A stretch of 32,000 bases of DNA from Candidatus Saccharimonadota bacterium. Lineage in GTDB: Bacteria; Bacteroidota; Bacteroidia; Cytophagales; Amoebophilaceae. A program made the position numbers and the translations under genes. Position 1 is the stretch's first letter. Each line of letters opens with the position of its first letter. The stretch covers positions 390,001 through 422,000 of the forward strand of contig NZ_CP022339.1 of the NCBI RefSeq assembly GCF_003351905.1, read 5' to 3'. Below are positions 8,198-16,870 of the stretch, piece after piece. The notes below the pieces were generated by a model, which saw nothing but the letters and a program-made list of their open reading frames with translations, did not search any database and was not told the origin of the DNA.

Positions 8198-8815
8198 ATG
8201 AAAGATGATTTTAAAAAAATACTAAAAGGTTACCAAGCATTTAGAAATAAATATGTGCATGCTGAGCAATCTATTATGTATGGGTTACATCATAATGGGC
8301 AACAACCTAAAATTATGGTCATTGCTTGTTGTGATGCGCGGGTAGATCCGGCTTTACTATTGCAATGTGATCCGGGTGATTTGTTTGTGGTGCGTAATGT
8401 AGCCAATATTGTCCCTCCGTATGAAAAGGATGCAAATCACCATGGTACAAGTGCTGCTTTAGAATTTGGCATTTGTTTGCTGAATGTAGCACATTTAATT
8501 GTACTTGGTCATAGTCAATGTGGTGGGATTAAAGCTTTACTAGCCAGTGAAGCGCTACAGCAAGATGATTTTATTACCAATTGGGTTTCTTTAATAAAAA
8601 CGCCTGATTTTAGGCAATATGAAGCTGATGATTATGCCAAACTGTCCTTGACACAATCTTATCAAAATTGCATGACTTTCCCTTGGATTAAAGCAAGGGT
8701 ACGCAACGGAAAGCTTACGGTGCATTTATGGTTTTTTGATATCCAAACAGGGCAAATTTATACGTATGCTCATGATACAAAAACCTATCAAGCTTTATTG
8801 CCTTTAGCGGAATAA
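8198..8815 (+). CDS. beta-class carbonic anhydrase
   Basis: Zn-ligand and dyad motifs VIACCDARVDP (CxDxR) and VLGHSQCGGI (HxxC). 205 aa, typical size. Confidence 0.9.
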   Translation: MKDDFKKILKGYQAFRNKYVHAEQSIMYGLHHNGQQPKIMVIACCDARVDPALLLQCDPGDLFVVRNVANIVPPYEKDANHHGTSAALEFGICLLNVAHLIVLGHSQCGGIKALLASEALQQDDFITNWVSLIKTPDFRQYEADDYAKLSLTQSYQNCMTFPWIKARVRNGKLTVHLWFFDIQTGQIYTYAHDTKTYQALLPLAE

Positions 8816-8941
8816 ATTATTTTTTCCACGGCATAGTCATATGGCTGTAGGAATGGAGCTATCCAAATCAAGAAAAAAGTGGAATAAAATTCATTATCAA
8901 CCAGTAACGTAACCAGATACAAATTAAAAATGCTTTACTAA

Positions 8942-8964
8942 CCAGTATCGTGAATAGACACGAA
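8942..8964 (+). repeat. 23-nt repeat copy 1 (ccagtatcgtgaatagacacgaa) containing hairpin tcgtg-aataga-cacga
   Basis: 21/23 identical, with a 17-nt exact core, to 10456-10478 in the same orientation. It lies between the 3' ends of the carbonic anhydrase gene and the ankyrin gene. Confidence 0.6.
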
Positions 8965-9006
8965 ACTTTTTCTCTTTTTCACTTAGCATTGCTACACTGG
9001 ATTATT

Positions 9007-9783
9007 TTACATAATACTGCAGGTTATATTCGAATTGGCTTGAAATGTGCTTTCTATCAAAGCATCCATATCGCTTTTAGGATATTTTGGTTGCTCAGAA
9101 TTACTGTTTTGCTCTAAAAAGGCTCTTGCAGTAAAACCTTGTTTGTTTTGAATAGATGGATCTGCACCTGCTTGGATTAAAATTTGCATTGTACTGAAAT
9201 TAAACTTATATGCTGCGATGTGTAGGACCGTGTCCCCATTATTATCCTGGTGATTTAGTTTCTTTCCCGATGGTTCCTTACTATACAAGTCTAATAAGCA
9301 ATTAAAAGCTTGTTCAAGCGCTTTGAAGTCATTGGTACGGCGTTTATCCCTATCAGAGAGGTATTCCTCAGATACATGCATAAATAAATTTCTTCCATTA
9401 TCGTCCACTGCCTCTAAAATATTTAGTCCTTTGCTCTTATAATATTCTATCTGTTCTTTTGAAAAATTACGCGCGATAAGATCGCCTAATATTTTTTTAG
9501 ATAACACCATAGCATTTTTTAGCTTAGGATCAGGACCTTGTTCATATTTATTATAGCCACTCTTTATTGCATCCAAAACTACTTCTAAATTTGGGTGCCA
9601 TGGACTAGATAAACCATTATCCTCCTTTAGAGCCGGTAGTTGAGGTGTTAGATTAGTAAACGTGGGATTCACAGTACTTATCTCCCCCGCATAGCCCTTA
9701 CTTACTTTTGCACAAGCACATAAATTGCCAAAGGTTAATAGGCCAAGAGAGAGGCTTGCTTTATAGTGTATGTACTTTTTCAT
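9007..9783 (-). CDS. ankyrin-repeat lipoprotein
   Basis: MKKYIHYKASLSLGLLTFGNLCAC carries a lipobox (L-C-A-C, Cys at codon 24, the same length as the 3063 gene). There is a canonical ANK repeat NGDTVLHIAAYKFNFSTMQILIQAGADPSIQNKQGFTA plus degenerate repeats. The leader tttaaacatcga (rc of 9789-9800) is shared with 3047-3058. Confidence 0.88.
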   Translation of the reverse strand: MKKYIHYKASLSLGLLTFGNLCACAKVSKGYAGEISTVNPTFTNLTPQLPALKEDNGLSSPWHPNLEVVLDAIKSGYNKYEQGPDPKLKNAMVLSKKILGDLIARNFSKEQIEYYKSKGLNILEAVDDNGRNLFMHVSEEYLSDRDKRRTNDFKALEQAFNCLLDLYSKEPSGKKLNHQDNNGDTVLHIAAYKFNFSTMQILIQAGADPSIQNKQGFTARAFLEQNSNSEQPKYPKSDMDALIESTFQANSNITCSIM

Positions 9784-10290
9784 AACATTCGATGTTTAAA
9801 TGGTATCATATAATCACTTAAGAAGAATTGCTTCCATGCATATCTGGCATGCTACCTATTCCTCTATTCGCTTGCCCTTAGGTAGGGCAAAACAATTTAA
9901 TGAGACGTAATAGAAGATACAACTTCTCTCAACTACTTGCCCCAATTAAAACCTATATAATGGATACAAAAAAATAAATAGAATTGCAAACAAGCCACAG
10001 TTAAGTTGGGAACTATAGAAAGGTTACGCTTAAAAAAGCATCTTTTAATCAAATAAAAATAGTATGTAAATTTCCTAAATTTATTCACAATCTCTGGATT
10101 TTGTATCTATGCAATTATGTAGTTACCTGTAACTTTTTGGCATTAAATACATATTCGTCTCCTAATATGGAAGAAAATAGATTTTTAAATAAGAAAAATC
10201 AAGCTTTACGTGAAGCGAATCAGAGGTTAACATGCAATAAACATACTGTCCAAAATTTTCTAATCAGCTAGATATTAATAATTAGCCGAT

Positions 10291-10467
10291 ATGGTATATC
10301 TACTAACTGACTCTTTCAAGCAGCAGAGTAAAATAAATTCCTTACAGAAAGAAAGTAAAGCTTTAAGCTACGAAAATGCCAAACTAAAAAGGGGGCTTTT
10401 GAAAAGATTATGCAAATATATTTCAGGTTATATATTTACACTTAAATGGACAGCGCCAATGTCGTGA
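10291..10467 (+). CDS. 58-codon coiled-coil-like ORF (below the track cutoff); possibly the second half of a frameshifted gene
   Basis: ATG 10291 to TGA 10465-10467: MVYLLTDSFKQQSKINSLQKESKALSYENAKLKRGLLKRLCKYISGYIFTLKWTAPMS. It is preceded, in a different frame, by a 34-codon ORF at 10167-10271 (MEENRFLNKKNQALREANQRLTCNKHTVQNFLIS). Both are heptad-like and Lys/Asn/Gln-rich. No family recognised. Confidence 0.2.
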   Translation: MVYLLTDSFKQQSKINSLQKESKALSYENAKLKRGLLKRLCKYISGYIFTLKWTAPMS

Positions 10468-10478
10468 ATAGACACGAA
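10456..10478 (+). repeat. 23-nt repeat copy 2 (ccaatgtcgtgaatagacacgaa)
   Basis: See 8942-8964. This copy sits 8 nt beyond the trpS stop codon and contains the stop codon of the 58-codon ORF. Confidence 0.6.
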
Positions 10479-10485
10479 GGAATAA

Positions 10486-11478
10486 CTAAAAAGATTGAAT
10501 ACCTATAGCTTCTCGGACCATTTTAATCGTTTCCTTTGCCAATTGAGCTGCTTTTTCCGTACCCTGGTGGAGGATTTCTTTGATCATTTTAGCATCCAAA
10601 CTATTCCTTTTTTCTCTGATAGGTGCCAATAGAAGTTGCAAGCTATCATTTAAGATATCTTTAAGGGTTACATCACCTAATCCGCCACGTCTATAGTGGG
10701 CTTTTAAGTCAGAAACGGCTTCTTGATCACTATGAAAGGCATCCAAATAGGCAAAAACCACATTCCCTTCTACACGACCAGGATTGCTTGCCTTAATGTG
10801 GTTAGGATCGGTATACATCTGAAAAACTTTTTGTTTGATCACTGCTGGTGGATCAGAAATGGCAATGGCATTCCCTAATGACTTACTGGACTTGGACTGG
10901 CCATCTATCCCCACTAACCTGGATGTTTTACTCAACACTGCTTTACATTCTTTTAAAGCATTGGTATGATAGAGCCTGTTAAAACGCCTAACAATGGCAT
11001 TGGTTTGCTCAATCATAGGTAATTGATCATCCCCAACTGGGATCAGTTCCGCTTGAAATAGCGTAATATCTGCCGCTTGACTGACCGGATAACAAAAAAA
11101 GCCTGCTGGAATGGCCTCATCGTATCCTTTTTGCTGTATTTCATACTTTACGGTAGGGTTGCGATGCAATTGTCCCAAGGTAACCAGGTTGAGGTAATAG
11201 ATTGTTAACTCTGCAATTTCTGGTATTTGAGACTGAACCACAATAGTTGTTTGGTTAGGATCGATCCCAACACTTAGATAATCTTTGGCAACTTCAATAA
11301 TATTTTGGGTCACTTGTTCGGGATGGTCGAAATGATCCGTTAATGCTTGTAGATCTGCTACTAGAATATACTGATCATATACACTTTGTAATTTAACTCT
11401 ATTTTGTAAGGAGCCAATATAATGGCCTAAATGGAGCTTGCCAGTTGGCCTATCACCCGTTAAGATTTTTTTCTTCAT
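10486..11478 (-). CDS. trpS: tryptophan--tRNA ligase
   Basis: Class I signature TGDRPTGKLHLGHYIGSL (HIGH region) and KSSKS (KMSKS). 330 aa. Confidence 0.95.
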   Translation of the reverse strand: MKKKILTGDRPTGKLHLGHYIGSLQNRVKLQSVYDQYILVADLQALTDHFDHPEQVTQNIIEVAKDYLSVGIDPNQTTIVVQSQIPEIAELTIYYLNLVTLGQLHRNPTVKYEIQQKGYDEAIPAGFFCYPVSQAADITLFQAELIPVGDDQLPMIEQTNAIVRRFNRLYHTNALKECKAVLSKTSRLVGIDGQSKSSKSLGNAIAISDPPAVIKQKVFQMYTDPNHIKASNPGRVEGNVVFAYLDAFHSDQEAVSDLKAHYRRGGLGDVTLKDILNDSLQLLLAPIREKRNSLDAKMIKEILHQGTEKAAQLAKETIKMVREAIGIQSF

Positions 11479-11506
11479 GCTTATGCAACTTTAATGAAAC
11501 ACATTT

Positions 11507-12193
11507 TTATCTTATCTTAACTTTACATAAAGCATGCAATATATATAACCAAATACTTAAAAAAAGACCTTCCGCATGCATGGCAACGATGCATAGCACT
11601 CCGAGCACAATGCAACAATAACGCGCCTGATTCGTTTGCCAGGAAAATCCTTGAAACTTCAAAGCTATAAATGGAATAGGAGCAACCAATAGATAAGCAA
11701 GTAGCAGGGTTAATAAAGGCAGTACCAGGGGTTGTGTTAAACCATTGACTAAAGCCGGATAAAGGGCACGTTTTAAAATTATAGGTAAGGTAGCTACTAG
11801 CATGGCATTAGCTGTCGTAGGCAATCCTGTAAATTGATGGGTCTGTTTAGCGTCGACATTAAACCTAGCCAACCGAAGCGCAGCAAAAACCACCATGCAC
11901 AAAGCGGCATAAGGACGATAAGGGCAACTTTCATAGGTTGTGATTAACATATAAAGGATAGCCGCAGGCAACATACCGAAGGTAATCAGATCTGCTAATG
12001 CATCCAATTGCTTACCAAGGGGAGATTGTGTATGCAACAGCTTTGCGGTAAAACCATCTAAAAAATCCAGACAAGCACCTATAAAGATGCTATACGCAGC
12101 ATATACTAGCTCTCCCTTTAGCGCCAATAGGGTGCCTATTGTACCACTGATTAGGTTTAAAACCGATAAACAATTGGGAATATATTTTTTCAT
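11507..12193 (-). CDS. pssA: CDP-diacylglycerol--serine O-phosphatidyltransferase (CDP-alcohol phosphatidyltransferase family)
   Basis: CDP-alcohol motif DFLDGFTAKLLHTQSPLGKQLDALADL, multiple TM helices, about 230 aa. The track start 12205 (MHNS) and ATG 12193 (MKKYIPN) are both possible. The gene ends 28 bp upstream of the trpS start. Confidence 0.85.
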   Translation of the reverse strand: MKKYIPNCLSVLNLISGTIGTLLALKGELVYAAYSIFIGACLDFLDGFTAKLLHTQSPLGKQLDALADLITFGMLPAAILYMLITTYESCPYRPYAALCMVVFAALRLARFNVDAKQTHQFTGLPTTANAMLVATLPIILKRALYPALVNGLTQPLVLPLLTLLLAYLLVAPIPFIALKFQGFSWQTNQARYCCIVLGVLCIVAMHAEGLFLSIWLYILHALCKVKIR

Positions 12194-12366
12194 ACTGTTA
12201 TGCATTCATACTAAAGTAGTTTACAACAAACTCGTATAGTCTATGATTATTATCGCGTCACTAGCGCTGGCAATATAATGGATTTATATTCGATATGAAA
12301 ACCATTAGGAGGTTTTTATTTTTTGTAACCTTGCTAAACTGATGTTATGCCGCTCCCATGGATGTA

Positions 12367-13398
12367 TTACCCTATTGCCTCACCTACGATGTTCACCTCT
12401 GGTACAAGGGTGATATGAAACTGACGTTTTACCTTTTGTACGATTTGGGTAGCTAAATTGATAATATCTTGACCAGTAGCGCCTCCATAGTTTACGAGTA
12501 TCAGTGCATGTAAAGGATAGACCCCTGCATTGCCCATGCGCAAGCCTTTAAAACCTGCTGTTTCTATAAGCCAAGCTGCTGAGATTTTCATCTGGTCTTG
12601 GTTTTGCGTGCGAAAAGCTACTAATGAGGGATATTGCTGCTTCAGCCATTGGTAATGCGCTATAGTTACCAATGGATGCTGAAAAAAGCTGCCTGCATTG
12701 CCTAAAACAGCAGGATCGGGCAGTTTTTGTTTTCGAATGGCAACAATGGCGTCGCTTATCGCTTGAAAGGACAACTGTTTAACGCCCATCTTTGCCAGCA
12801 TGGCCTGGATGGCCTCATATTCTATAGTATATCTTGCTTCTTTATGTAAAGCTAGTGTAAGGCTTGTAATTAAATATTGGTTCCGCCATTTTGTTTTGAA
12901 AAAGCTAGTTCTATAATCAAAGCCACATGCTTCGGCTTTAAAAACTATTTTTTCCCCAGTTGCTAATGCAATGGCTTCAATGCTATCCACTACCTCTTTA
13001 AGTTCTACACCATATGCCCCTATATTTTGTATAGGTGCGCCACCAACCGTCCCCGGAATAAAGGATAGGTTTTCTATGCCTCCATACCCTCTTGTAGTAC
13101 AAAACAAGACAAGCTGATGCCAAGGGACACCTGCCGCAGCCTTCACCAGGACTTTATGGCGTTTTTCTGCTATTACTTCAATACCGGGCAGTTGCACATG
13201 CAATATATAACCAGGAAAATCTCTAACAAATAGCGTATTGCTGCCACCACCTAGGATATAAAAATGGGTACGCTTTAGATCTACTGTAGCACAAAAATCT
13301 GCTATATCTCTTAGACGATGCAGCTGAATGTAACCAGCAGCAAATGTAGGTAGCTTGAAGCTATGGAGTGCTTGTAAAGGGTATGGACCATGCATCAT
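12367..13398 (-). CDS. murB: UDP-N-acetylenolpyruvoylglucosamine reductase
   Basis: FAD-binding ILGGGSNTLF, NIGAYGVE, NAGSFFQHP and C-terminal LVPEVNIVG. The track start 13416 is a GTG. ATG codons at 13398 and 13395 are more likely starts. Confidence 0.92.
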   Translation of the reverse strand: MMHGPYPLQALHSFKLPTFAAGYIQLHRLRDIADFCATVDLKRTHFYILGGGSNTLFVRDFPGYILHVQLPGIEVIAEKRHKVLVKAAAGVPWHQLVLFCTTRGYGGIENLSFIPGTVGGAPIQNIGAYGVELKEVVDSIEAIALATGEKIVFKAEACGFDYRTSFFKTKWRNQYLITSLTLALHKEARYTIEYEAIQAMLAKMGVKQLSFQAISDAIVAIRKQKLPDPAVLGNAGSFFQHPLVTIAHYQWLKQQYPSLVAFRTQNQDQMKISAAWLIETAGFKGLRMGNAGVYPLHALILVNYGGATGQDIINLATQIVQKVKRQFHITLVPEVNIVGEAIG

Positions 13399-13423
13399 CA
13401 AAACAAGAAATAACACTTCTTTT

Positions 13424-16400
13424 TCATTCCACCTCCTTTCTAGCCTCCAAATGGAATGCTACACCAAAAATAGGCATTGGTAATTGAAACACCCATTTAT
13501 CATTATTATGCTGTTTCTTTAAACAAGGAAGATCTACCGAAATATTTGCATAAGGTATATTCCGATTAGATAAAAATCTACATTTTAAATGAAGTTTGGC
13601 ACCTATGGTATCAAAATTTCTACCTATAGTAGACAGAGCAGCCCGTTGGAGCGTATGGTCATACGCCCCTATTTTGGGGGTATAACCATACCACTCCATC
13701 CATATTTTCTCTAAAAATAAGAACAACGGTATGCCACACTCTGGATAAGCTAAAGGAAATCCATACGTTAGATGCAGATATTGTTCCCAACGCGGTATAG
13801 GAGACTCTTTATAAACTAAAGGCAAGCCATAGGTTAGATACAGGTGATTACTTAGTGGTTTATACCGTCGAATAGCTAAATCTAAAGAAAAATAATGATG
13901 ATCACCAAACCCTGGGATATAAAATTGAGGATTAAAAATCAATATATTTTCCCATTCCCTCAATAAAGGAGAATACTTTTCTGCACGCGCAAAACTTATA
14001 TAAAGTTTTTGGTACCAGGGTGAACAAAGATCTCTTTTACTCAAAGATGAGGCATGGGTTATATTAAAACTATATATTTCAGTATGAGCTATTTTTTTAT
14101 CTTCATCACATCGCTCTAGCTCCACTTCAGCCTTAAAATAGGCTTCCCCTGAAGAACTGCCTAGCGTGAAATAATAAGGGAATTTTATACCTAACTTTAA
14201 TGTAGGTTCCCAAAAGGTGTCACTTATGTAATCTGACTCATGGCTACACAAATGTTTAGCCAATATATTTCGAGCTACGTTATACTTTTTCCGGTTTTCT
14301 AGAACCTGAGTCATCACTGGGTTTTTATACCTAGTACCTTTAATATCTATGTCCAAAATTGGATAAAAGGTTGCATACTTTATTTTTAAGCCTAATTCAG
14401 TTGTTTTATATACAGTATTTCTAACCTTATTCAGGATATTAAAGTTTTGGTAAAAATAGGGCGCAATGTTAAGTTTATCCTCTAAGTCTACAACCTGACA
14501 AAGTATAACCTTAATACCCCTATCATGCCAACTTGGTTCTTTTGCTTCTGGGCCAAGCAGATCAAAATACTCGTTTAAAAAGTGGTGCTTAATAATGGGA
14601 TATCGATGGTCAGGCACTTTTGTCAATAGATCACTATTCTGTTCTTGTACAACCAATGGCGCATAGTACCTTACAGATCGATCCTCTACTGCCTCTAAAG
14701 GTGTCCACAAAAGGGGATCAAAAGGCATAGCAGCTATCTCCATGCCATTTTTACCATAATCATTGAAAATAAGTTGATTGGATAGAGGATCTACCCTACC
14801 TAAATAGGCGCCATATTTTCGTGAGGTAACTTGAAAACAAGCTTTTGTAGGCAAATGCATTGCATAAATATTATCGATGCCATTATAGGCGCTATTGTAG
14901 AGCAAATAGTCTTTATAGATTTTAGGGGAACTTCTATGCTCGTAGGTGTAAGGCAAGAGTGTTTCTGCCTTACTGGTCGCCACATGAATCCGTAAAATAC
15001 TATTTTGCTGGTCCTTGGTTTTCACCACTAGGATGTGATCTTCACCAGACCAACTGGGGGTTAAATAATACCCTTCATCCAGGTTATCTATTTTTTTGAT
15101 GACCTTACCAGATTTGGTCTCTAAAATAACCAACAAATGTTTCCCTGTTTGGTCAGTTGTTACCGCAACGAGTTGCTGAGCACTAGGGCTTATAGCTAGT
15201 GCAGTATATCGGCTGCTTGAGGCAAGGGTGCGTCTGCTTTTTTTTGCAAAATCATAATATTGTAAGCGAATGGTCTGCCGATTCCCTTGCCAAGGATGCC
15301 TACATGTTTCCAGCCAAGCGGCACACCCCTCGCCTATGTCAAAAACAGTAGGTGTAAGGCTACTCGGCATAAAGTGCAATATCGTCTTGTCTTTGCGTAA
15401 AGATACAGCAGCTCTTTTTAAGCCATCAGCAGGTGCAAGCTTAACGTGGACCAGTTGAGCACGTAATCCTATACCTATCTTCCAGGCCATAAGGCGACCC
15501 GATGCATCCATAAATGGGTTGTGATAATCAAAGCTATCATTTGGCTTTTTAACGGTAAGCTGGGTAGCAGGCGTAATTTTTAATCCTTCTAACTGCTTTT
15601 GCCAACGGTCGCGTAGCTCTTGGTTCATCTCCCTATATAATGTGGGGATGGACTTTTTAGTCACCTTTTTTACAGCATGGTGAAAGCCAAAATAAGGCAC
15701 ACCCTGCATGGTTTTTTCAAAAATAGCCTTGATGACATCCGCCCCATACTTTCTGCGCATATGTGTAGTGAAATAATACCCTACGTGATAGTCAGATGGC
15801 AGCTCATATTTCAAAGAGCCAAAGACTTGCCTGCTAAAACTAACGGGATCACGCTCTAGCAGGGTAACCTTATATATCTTTTCCCAGCCCGGTAAACGCC
15901 CTCGGCCACTTTTTGAAAGCGCAGTTTCCATACCGACTGCATCGCCTTCTTTAAAAAAGCTGTCAACGCCGCACACCGCAACCATATTCCATGCAAAATA
16001 GGGGAACTTAAGCCAAACAGGTGTACTATGGTATTCAATACTATGTTGTACTGCATGTCTCAGCTCATGTATACATAGCATATCGTACCAATCGGCATTG
16101 CCGACAAAATAGGGATTGGAGTTGTATAAGGTGTCAAAAGATATATGGCGCGGCAGCAGTTTAAAATATGCATTCAGCTCAGTAGATTGATTGTTAAGCA
16201 GCAAACGAAGAGGACTAGGATAGATGCCCAACGTTTTAGATACAGGCTTATAGATCGTTTCCAGCGTATTGGCTATACGTTGCGCTGATTTGGTGGTGTT
16301 TTTATCAAAGAATATACTAAAATGAGGGGTTGCAATTTTTTGTATTGCCCTGGCTTGGGTAGCCAAGCCAAAGAATAGAAAGTATAGCAAAGCACTAATA

Positions 16401-16495
16401 GCCCAAAAAGCGCGCTGCTTCTTTTGTGGCCAACAAATGCAACGTAAATGATACAGAAACATATAAACGTAAATAATAATATCCGCATAGCGCAT
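13424..16495 (-). CDS. large exported HExxH (MA-clan-like) metallopeptidase-domain protein with a beta-propeller-like middle region and an uncharacterised C-terminal domain
   Basis: Signal-like N-terminus (KKQRAFWAISALLYFLFFGLATQARA). HELRH is encoded at 16069-16055 (rc CAT GAG CTG AGA CAT), followed by FFKEGDAVGMETA, a possible third-ligand Glu region. Residues ~300-620 have repeated PD40/TolB-like strand patterns (ALAISPSAQQLVAVTTDQTGKHLLVILETKSGKV; LTPSWSGEDHILVVKT; NIYAMHLPTKACFQVT; NQLIFNDYGKNGMEIAAM). The C-terminal ~400 aa is aromatic-rich with an internal repeat (YLTYGLPLVYKESPIP / HLTYGFPLAYPECGIP). An alternative start is ATG 16462. Confidence 0.8.
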   Translation of the reverse strand: MRYADIIIYVYMFLYHLRCICWPQKKQRAFWAISALLYFLFFGLATQARAIQKIATPHFSIFFDKNTTKSAQRIANTLETIYKPVSKTLGIYPSPLRLLLNNQSTELNAYFKLLPRHISFDTLYNSNPYFVGNADWYDMLCIHELRHAVQHSIEYHSTPVWLKFPYFAWNMVAVCGVDSFFKEGDAVGMETALSKSGRGRLPGWEKIYKVTLLERDPVSFSRQVFGSLKYELPSDYHVGYYFTTHMRRKYGADVIKAIFEKTMQGVPYFGFHHAVKKVTKKSIPTLYREMNQELRDRWQKQLEGLKITPATQLTVKKPNDSFDYHNPFMDASGRLMAWKIGIGLRAQLVHVKLAPADGLKRAAVSLRKDKTILHFMPSSLTPTVFDIGEGCAAWLETCRHPWQGNRQTIRLQYYDFAKKSRRTLASSSRYTALAISPSAQQLVAVTTDQTGKHLLVILETKSGKVIKKIDNLDEGYYLTPSWSGEDHILVVKTKDQQNSILRIHVATSKAETLLPYTYEHRSSPKIYKDYLLYNSAYNGIDNIYAMHLPTKACFQVTSRKYGAYLGRVDPLSNQLIFNDYGKNGMEIAAMPFDPLLWTPLEAVEDRSVRYYAPLVVQEQNSDLLTKVPDHRYPIIKHHFLNEYFDLLGPEAKEPSWHDRGIKVILCQVVDLEDKLNIAPYFYQNFNILNKVRNTVYKTTELGLKIKYATFYPILDIDIKGTRYKNPVMTQVLENRKKYNVARNILAKHLCSHESDYISDTFWEPTLKLGIKFPYYFTLGSSSGEAYFKAEVELERCDEDKKIAHTEIYSFNITHASSLSKRDLCSPWYQKLYISFARAEKYSPLLREWENILIFNPQFYIPGFGDHHYFSLDLAIRRYKPLSNHLYLTYGLPLVYKESPIPRWEQYLHLTYGFPLAYPECGIPLFLFLEKIWMEWYGYTPKIGAYDHTLQRAALSTIGRNFDTIGAKLHLKCRFLSNRNIPYANISVDLPCLKKQHNNDKWVFQLPMPIFGVAFHLEARKEVE

Positions 16496-16706
16496 GTATA
16501 GCGCAAAGGTTATTTTAGTAGCTATGCTTGATGGTTTTATATTAATCCATAGCCATATTTCCTATAAATGTATAAAAATGGTAGAAATATATTGCTTTCC
16601 AGCAGCCCAATTTAGCTTTGTACAAAGCTGTAGAATATCTTACCAGTTGCCCAACCATTACAAAATAAAGATATGTAACCCGATTATATTCAATGAATAA
16701 TATTGG

Positions 16707-16722
16707 TAACTTTGTATGTTTG
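16707..16722 (+). promoter_or_regulatory. two abutting Bacteroidota-type -7 boxes (TAACTTTG, TATGTTTG) upstream of leuS
   Basis: Both 8-mers fit the TAnnTTTG consensus known for Bacteroidota sigma-A promoters. They lie about 150 nt upstream of the leuS ATG in an otherwise ORF-free spacer. Confidence 0.4.
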
Positions 16723-16870
16723 CTTATTAGTTTTAAACTAAATAGGTAACTTAGCAGCTATAGAAACAGAAGCAAAGCATACCATTGTTCAGATGAAGCC
16801 ATACCCTTACCAAGAGGCATCCCAATAGTGCAATGGAGATTGATTGTACTGATTACTGAATCACAATAAA

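Noticed and set aside
14800-16506. Several 60-77-codon ORFs on both strands inside or overlapping the 1023-aa gene (14800-14985, 15270-15458, 15677-15859, 15856-16056, 16273-16506)
   Set aside because: They are nested in or antisense to a long uninterrupted CDS and have no independent signals.
16494-16700. 68-codon plus-strand ORF in the spacer upstream of leuS
   Set aside because: It overlaps the start of the divergent 1023-aa gene and precedes the putative leuS promoter. The peptide is hydrophobic and low-complexity with no motifs. It is likely non-coding promoter DNA.
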